From an uncultured Rhizobiaceae bacterium (GTDB taxonomy: Bacteria; Pseudomonadota; Alphaproteobacteria; Rickettsiales; UBA1997), in the NCBI GenBank assembly GCA_964484785.1, contig CAZAFD010000002.1, forward strand, positions 1-50,123: 50,123 bases of DNA, in the 5' to 3' direction. The notes beneath the pieces are model-generated. The model did not search any database. It saw only the letters and a list, made by a program, of their open reading frames with translations, and had not been told where the DNA came from. Of this stretch, positions 47,020-50,123 are shown piece after piece. Within the stretch, counting starts at the first letter, position 1. Each line of letters begins with the position of its first letter. The translations under genes and the position numbers were made by a program.

Positions 47020-47865
47020 CTAATTTATTTTGTCTAATAATAGATTTAGTTCTTTGGTATTATTATATTTTATTACTAACTGCCCTCCATCGTTTTCGGA
47101 ATTGTTAGTAATTTTAAAGGAAAAGTTTTTCAACTTGTCCTTTAATACATCATGTATTTCTTGAGATATAGAATGTTTATTCTTTTTTATAACTTTTTTA
47201 GTTTTTACTAATTTTTCTACTTGGCGCACAGATAGATTATTTTCTAAAATATATTGAGCTAATTCTTCGGCGCGTGGGTTGCCTATTAATGGTCTTATAT
47301 GACCATAATCCAATAAACCCTTATTCAAATAATCTAAAACTTTATCAGGTAGATTCAATACACGTAGTATATTTGCTATATAGCTTCGGCTCTTACCAAT
47401 TTTTTCTGCCAACTGTGTCTGGGTAAAATTATAAAGATCTATTAAATTTTTGTAGGCTATGGCCTCTTCTATTGTATTTAAGTTAGATCTTTGGATATTC
47501 TCTATTATACTAAGATTAAAACTATTTTCATTATCTAGATTTTTTACTATTGCCTGAATTTTTTTGAATCCAAGAATTTTGCAGGCTCTATATCTTCTCT
47601 CTCCTGCAATGATCTCGTATTTGCCACTTTGATTTGTACTTGGTCTGACTATAATAGGTTGTAATAAGCCAAAGTTCTTTATAGATTGGGCTAAATCATC
47701 TAATTCTTCTTTGTTAAATTCTTTTCTTGGTTGTTTGGGGTTTGGATAGATTAAATCTATATCTAGTTCATTATCGAATTCTAGATTTTTTGTAGTATTT
47801 ACAAATATTTTTCTTTCTCCTAGTAGGCTGGCTAATCCCTTGCCTAATCTGCTTGTATTATTCAT
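47020..47865 (-). CDS. parB: Chromosome partitioning protein ParB
   Basis: 281 aa, with LGKGLASLLG, LLQPIIVR, the GERRYRA box and an HTH (TQTQLAEKIGKSRSYIAN). It overlaps the parA stop (ATGA). Confidence 0.94.
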   Translation of the reverse strand: MNNTSRLGKGLASLLGERKIFVNTTKNLEFDNELDIDLIYPNPKQPRKEFNKEELDDLAQSIKNFGLLQPIIVRPSTNQSGKYEIIAGERRYRACKILGFKKIQAIVKNLDNENSFNLSIIENIQRSNLNTIEEAIAYKNLIDLYNFTQTQLAEKIGKSRSYIANILRVLNLPDKVLDYLNKGLLDYGHIRPLIGNPRAEELAQYILENNLSVRQVEKLVKTKKVIKKNKHSISQEIHDVLKDKLKNFSFKITNNSENDGGQLVIKYNNTKELNLLLDKIN

Positions 47866-48632
47866 TTTTTGCGTGATTTTTTGATAATTTCTTCCACTAG
47901 AGACATATAAGCTATTGAGCCAGAACAGTTCGAATCGTATAATATTGCTGGTATTCCATGCGATGCAGCTTCAGACAGTCTAATGTTTCTAGGAATTACT
48001 GTTTTATAAACCAAATCACCTAGACAATCTCTTACATCCTTTTCTATATTTTCTGTTAACTTGTTTCGCCTATCATACATAGTAAGAAGTATTCCATCAA
48101 TTGTTAAGTGTTTATTAAAATTTTCTTTGATTCTTTCTATGCTATCTAGTAAATGAGCCAGCCCTTCTAGGGCAAAAAATTCACATTGCAGCGGAACTAT
48201 AATTGAATCAGAAGCGCATAAGGCATTAATGGTTAACATACTCAATGATGGAGGACAATCAATTAAAATATAATCAAAATTTTCTTTTATATCTTTCAAT
48301 TTATTTTTTAAAATATATTCCCTTTTATCAAAGCTACACAATTCAATTTCCGCGGCGGCTAGATCTAAATTTGATAATAATATGTTTAAATTAGGTATAC
48401 GAGTTTTTGTAATTGCTGTATTTATATCTAAGTTATCTACAACTACTGTGTAGCTATTGTTTAATTCTTTGTTCATACTTTCAAATCCTAGGCCTGAGCT
48501 GCAATTACCTTGTGGATCAAAGTCTATTAAAAGTATTTTATAATTTATAGCAGCTAAAGTGCCGGCTAAGTTTATCGCCGTCGTTGTTTTACCAACGCCG
48601 CCCTTTTGGTTAACGATAGATATTACTTGCAT
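47862..48632 (-). CDS. parA: Chromosome partitioning ATPase ParA/Soj
   Basis: 256 aa, with the deviant Walker A NQKGGVGKTTTAINL and DCPPS. Confidence 0.94.
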   Translation of the reverse strand: MQVISIVNQKGGVGKTTTAINLAGTLAAINYKILLIDFDPQGNCSSGLGFESMNKELNNSYTVVVDNLDINTAITKTRIPNLNILLSNLDLAAAEIELCSFDKREYILKNKLKDIKENFDYILIDCPPSLSMLTINALCASDSIIVPLQCEFFALEGLAHLLDSIERIKENFNKHLTIDGILLTMYDRRNKLTENIEKDVRDCLGDLVYKTVIPRNIRLSEAASHGIPAILYDSNCSGSIAYMSLVEEIIKKSRKK

Positions 48633-48720
48633 TACAGTAAACAGCTTTTTTAAATTCGAAATAATTTCAGGTTAAAAGGTAAAGCAGAAATTTTATATTT
48701 GCAAGTTAATGTAACACTAG

Positions 48721-48736
48721 TGTTAAACGTGAAACA
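48721..48736. promoter_or_regulatory. parS-like centromere site
   Basis: TGTTAAACGTGAAACA matches the parS consensus TGTTTCACGTGAAACA at 14 of 16 positions, and the right half-site is perfect. It lies 89 nt upstream of the parA start and overlaps a separate perfect 14-bp palindrome, TAACACTAGTGTTA (48712-48725). Confidence 0.55.
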
Positions 48737-49756
48737 TTATAGAGTTTTTGCTCTTTGTAAAGTGCCTTTTTCACTGTGCAAGTACTTATCAACATAACTA
48801 TTTTTGTTTTTTTGGTCAAGACTATTTGTATTTTTTGCAATACTTGTTGTTTGTTGTTTTTTGATTCCCTGCTTATATGTTCTTAAAGTATCTACTGCGG
48901 TTTGTGCTATTGATAAACCTTGTTTGCTAGCATATACAACGAGTGATGTTTTTATGGCTGTGGTTAATGCTTTGGTGAGTACATTACAAAATAATCTGGT
49001 ATCATTAAAGCTTGGTGTATAACTAGTTAATCTGCTGTTTCTAGTCTGAAGACTAGAAGTATATTGATTAGTTTTTTGTTGTCCTGGTTGTTGATGATTA
49101 GAAGGTGAAGATAAACTTGGTACAGAGGACTCTTCTATTATAGGTTTCGAGCGAAGAAGAGTTAAGTCCTTAATTGTTTGAATAGGTCTAAGAACAGCAT
49201 TTTTAAGCCTGTCGGTTAACCGTGGCTTTGTAATATCAATAAGACCTTGCTCCTTGGCGGGTTTGGCACGTAATGTTTGTTGGGTTTTTAATTTATGTAA
49301 ACTATTTAAAAATCGCTCAAAATTTCTATTAACCATTCTAGCCATATTAAGCACGCGGCCTAATCCAGATGTCTCCTGCAAAGATTGACCTCTATGAATT
49401 GGATTAATGTCGGCTCCCAAGGCAAATTGATGGATCCAATAAGATAAAGCACCTAATAATCCAGCTTTTTTTAATTTTGTTTTTTTATATTTTCTTTTAT
49501 TTAATAAAAGCCTTAAATATTCAATAAAAGACTCCATATCAAAAAAACCTAAACTTATTAGATATTGTATTAAGTCTTCAAAGTTTTGTAATTCGTTAAA
49601 AACTGGTTGTAAAACTTCGTTTTGCTCAACTTTATTTGTTTGAATTGATTGCTGCAAACCACTAAAGATTTGGTCTATAAGGTTTTGATATTCATCTACC
49701 TTGTCTTGTGGTAGTATAAAGTTATTGCCAAATGGATTCTCAAATTGAACATTCAT
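48737..49756 (-). CDS. Hypothetical protein (no recognisable family; Ser/Thr/Gln-rich middle)
   Basis: 339-aa ORF upstream of parA, in the slot usually held by rsmG/mnmG. I recognise no motifs. A low-complexity stretch is present (SSVPSLSSPSNHQQPGQQKTNQYTSSLQTRNSRLTSYTPS). Confidence 0.55.
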   Translation of the reverse strand: MNVQFENPFGNNFILPQDKVDEYQNLIDQIFSGLQQSIQTNKVEQNEVLQPVFNELQNFEDLIQYLISLGFFDMESFIEYLRLLLNKRKYKKTKLKKAGLLGALSYWIHQFALGADINPIHRGQSLQETSGLGRVLNMARMVNRNFERFLNSLHKLKTQQTLRAKPAKEQGLIDITKPRLTDRLKNAVLRPIQTIKDLTLLRSKPIIEESSVPSLSSPSNHQQPGQQKTNQYTSSLQTRNSRLTSYTPSFNDTRLFCNVLTKALTTAIKTSLVVYASKQGLSIAQTAVDTLRTYKQGIKKQQTTSIAKNTNSLDQKNKNSYVDKYLHSEKGTLQRAKTL

Positions 49757-49846
49757 AATTATTATAAATAAATGTTGTTCTTTTTACAGAGAAAATAATG
49801 ATAAAAACCAAGTAAAAATCAAGAAAAATTACAAAAGTTAATCAAC

Positions 49847-49874
49847 TTGAAAAATAAATATTTGTATATATACT
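49847..49874 (+). promoter_or_regulatory. Candidate promoter for tRNA-Thr(GGU)
   Basis: TTGAAA, a 16-nt spacer, then TATACT. The -10 element ends 14 nt before the mature tRNA 5' end. Confidence 0.4.
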
Positions 49875-49888
49875 TACCCGTATAAGAA

Positions 49889-49963
49889 GCCGCCATAGCT
49901 CAGGGGTAGAGCAACACATTGGTAATGTGTAGGTCGGTGGTCCAATTCCACCTGGCGGCACCA
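49889..49963 (+). tRNA. tRNA-Thr (anticodon GGU), CCA encoded
   Basis: GCCGCCA-TA-GCTC/AGGGGTA/GAGC-A-ACACA/TTGGTAA/TGTGT-AGGTC-GGTGG/TCCAATT/CCACC-TGGCGGC-A-CCA. All stems pair perfectly. The T-loop TCCAATT deviates from the usual TTCRANT. Confidence 0.88.
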
Positions 49964-50123
49964 TTCACTGATTTCAGGTGTTCTAGTAGTTTGTCCAACG
50001 GTTTACTTATTGAAAAACAAAGATTTTTTCCATCGGTTTTGCAGCCTGATAAGATTAATCTCAAAATGTCTCTTTTTTGTGAAATAATCGGACTTTTTAA
50101 GGATTTTCCAACATTTGCAGCCA

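Noticed and set aside
49964-50123. Open minus-strand frame entering from the right edge (…KSDYFTKKRHFEINLIRLQNRWKKSLFFNK*)
   Set aside because: Only about 39 codons are visible, with no recognisable motif, so it cannot be distinguished from non-coding sequence without the flanking region.

Overview
This is an AT-rich (about 30% GC by eye), tightly packed chromosomal segment. The gene content and the GyrB N-terminus ([28 protein letters not shown]) suggest a reduced, host-associated alphaproteobacterium of the Rickettsiales or Holosporales type; that placement is inference only. Most of the window is housekeeping: ddh, M16 peptidase, rpmA-rplU, infB-nusA, gyrB, rnd-like exonuclease, rpoZ, efp, trmB, acpS, pgk, a TolC/YbhG/ABC-ATPase efflux cluster, truB, rbfA, infC, kdsD, ftsY, smpB, ruvC, mrcA, tmk and parAB. 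A tRNA-Thr sits at each end. I found no transposase, integrase, CRISPR array or recognisable defence gene. Five things stand out. (1) An uninterrupted 11.7-kb ORF encodes a 3,914-aa cysteine-rich modular envelope or secreted protein that I cannot assign to any family. It carries repeated C..GxW..C modules and an internal double-helix hydrophobic hairpin, and it is tightly stacked with a GT4 glycosyltransferase. (2) A 629-bp intergenic region holds 11 perfect and at least 5 one-mismatch copies of TTATTAACA/TGTTAATAA, one position away from the DnaA-box consensus TTATNCACA. The copies occur partly as palindromes and partly as a 12-bp phased direct-repeat run. They sit at a strand-switch point about 9 kb from parAB and a parS-like site, making this a candidate oriC. 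(3) A helix-hairpin-helix (glycosylase-like) protein is translationally coupled to a DOT1-like SAM methyltransferase. (4) A NAPE-PLD-like metallo-beta-lactamase-fold gene is interrupted by an in-frame TAG at the conserved Trp position. (5) An intrinsic terminator lies inside the nusA leader. All functional calls come from motif recognition by eye on the supplied translations. None was checked against a database.
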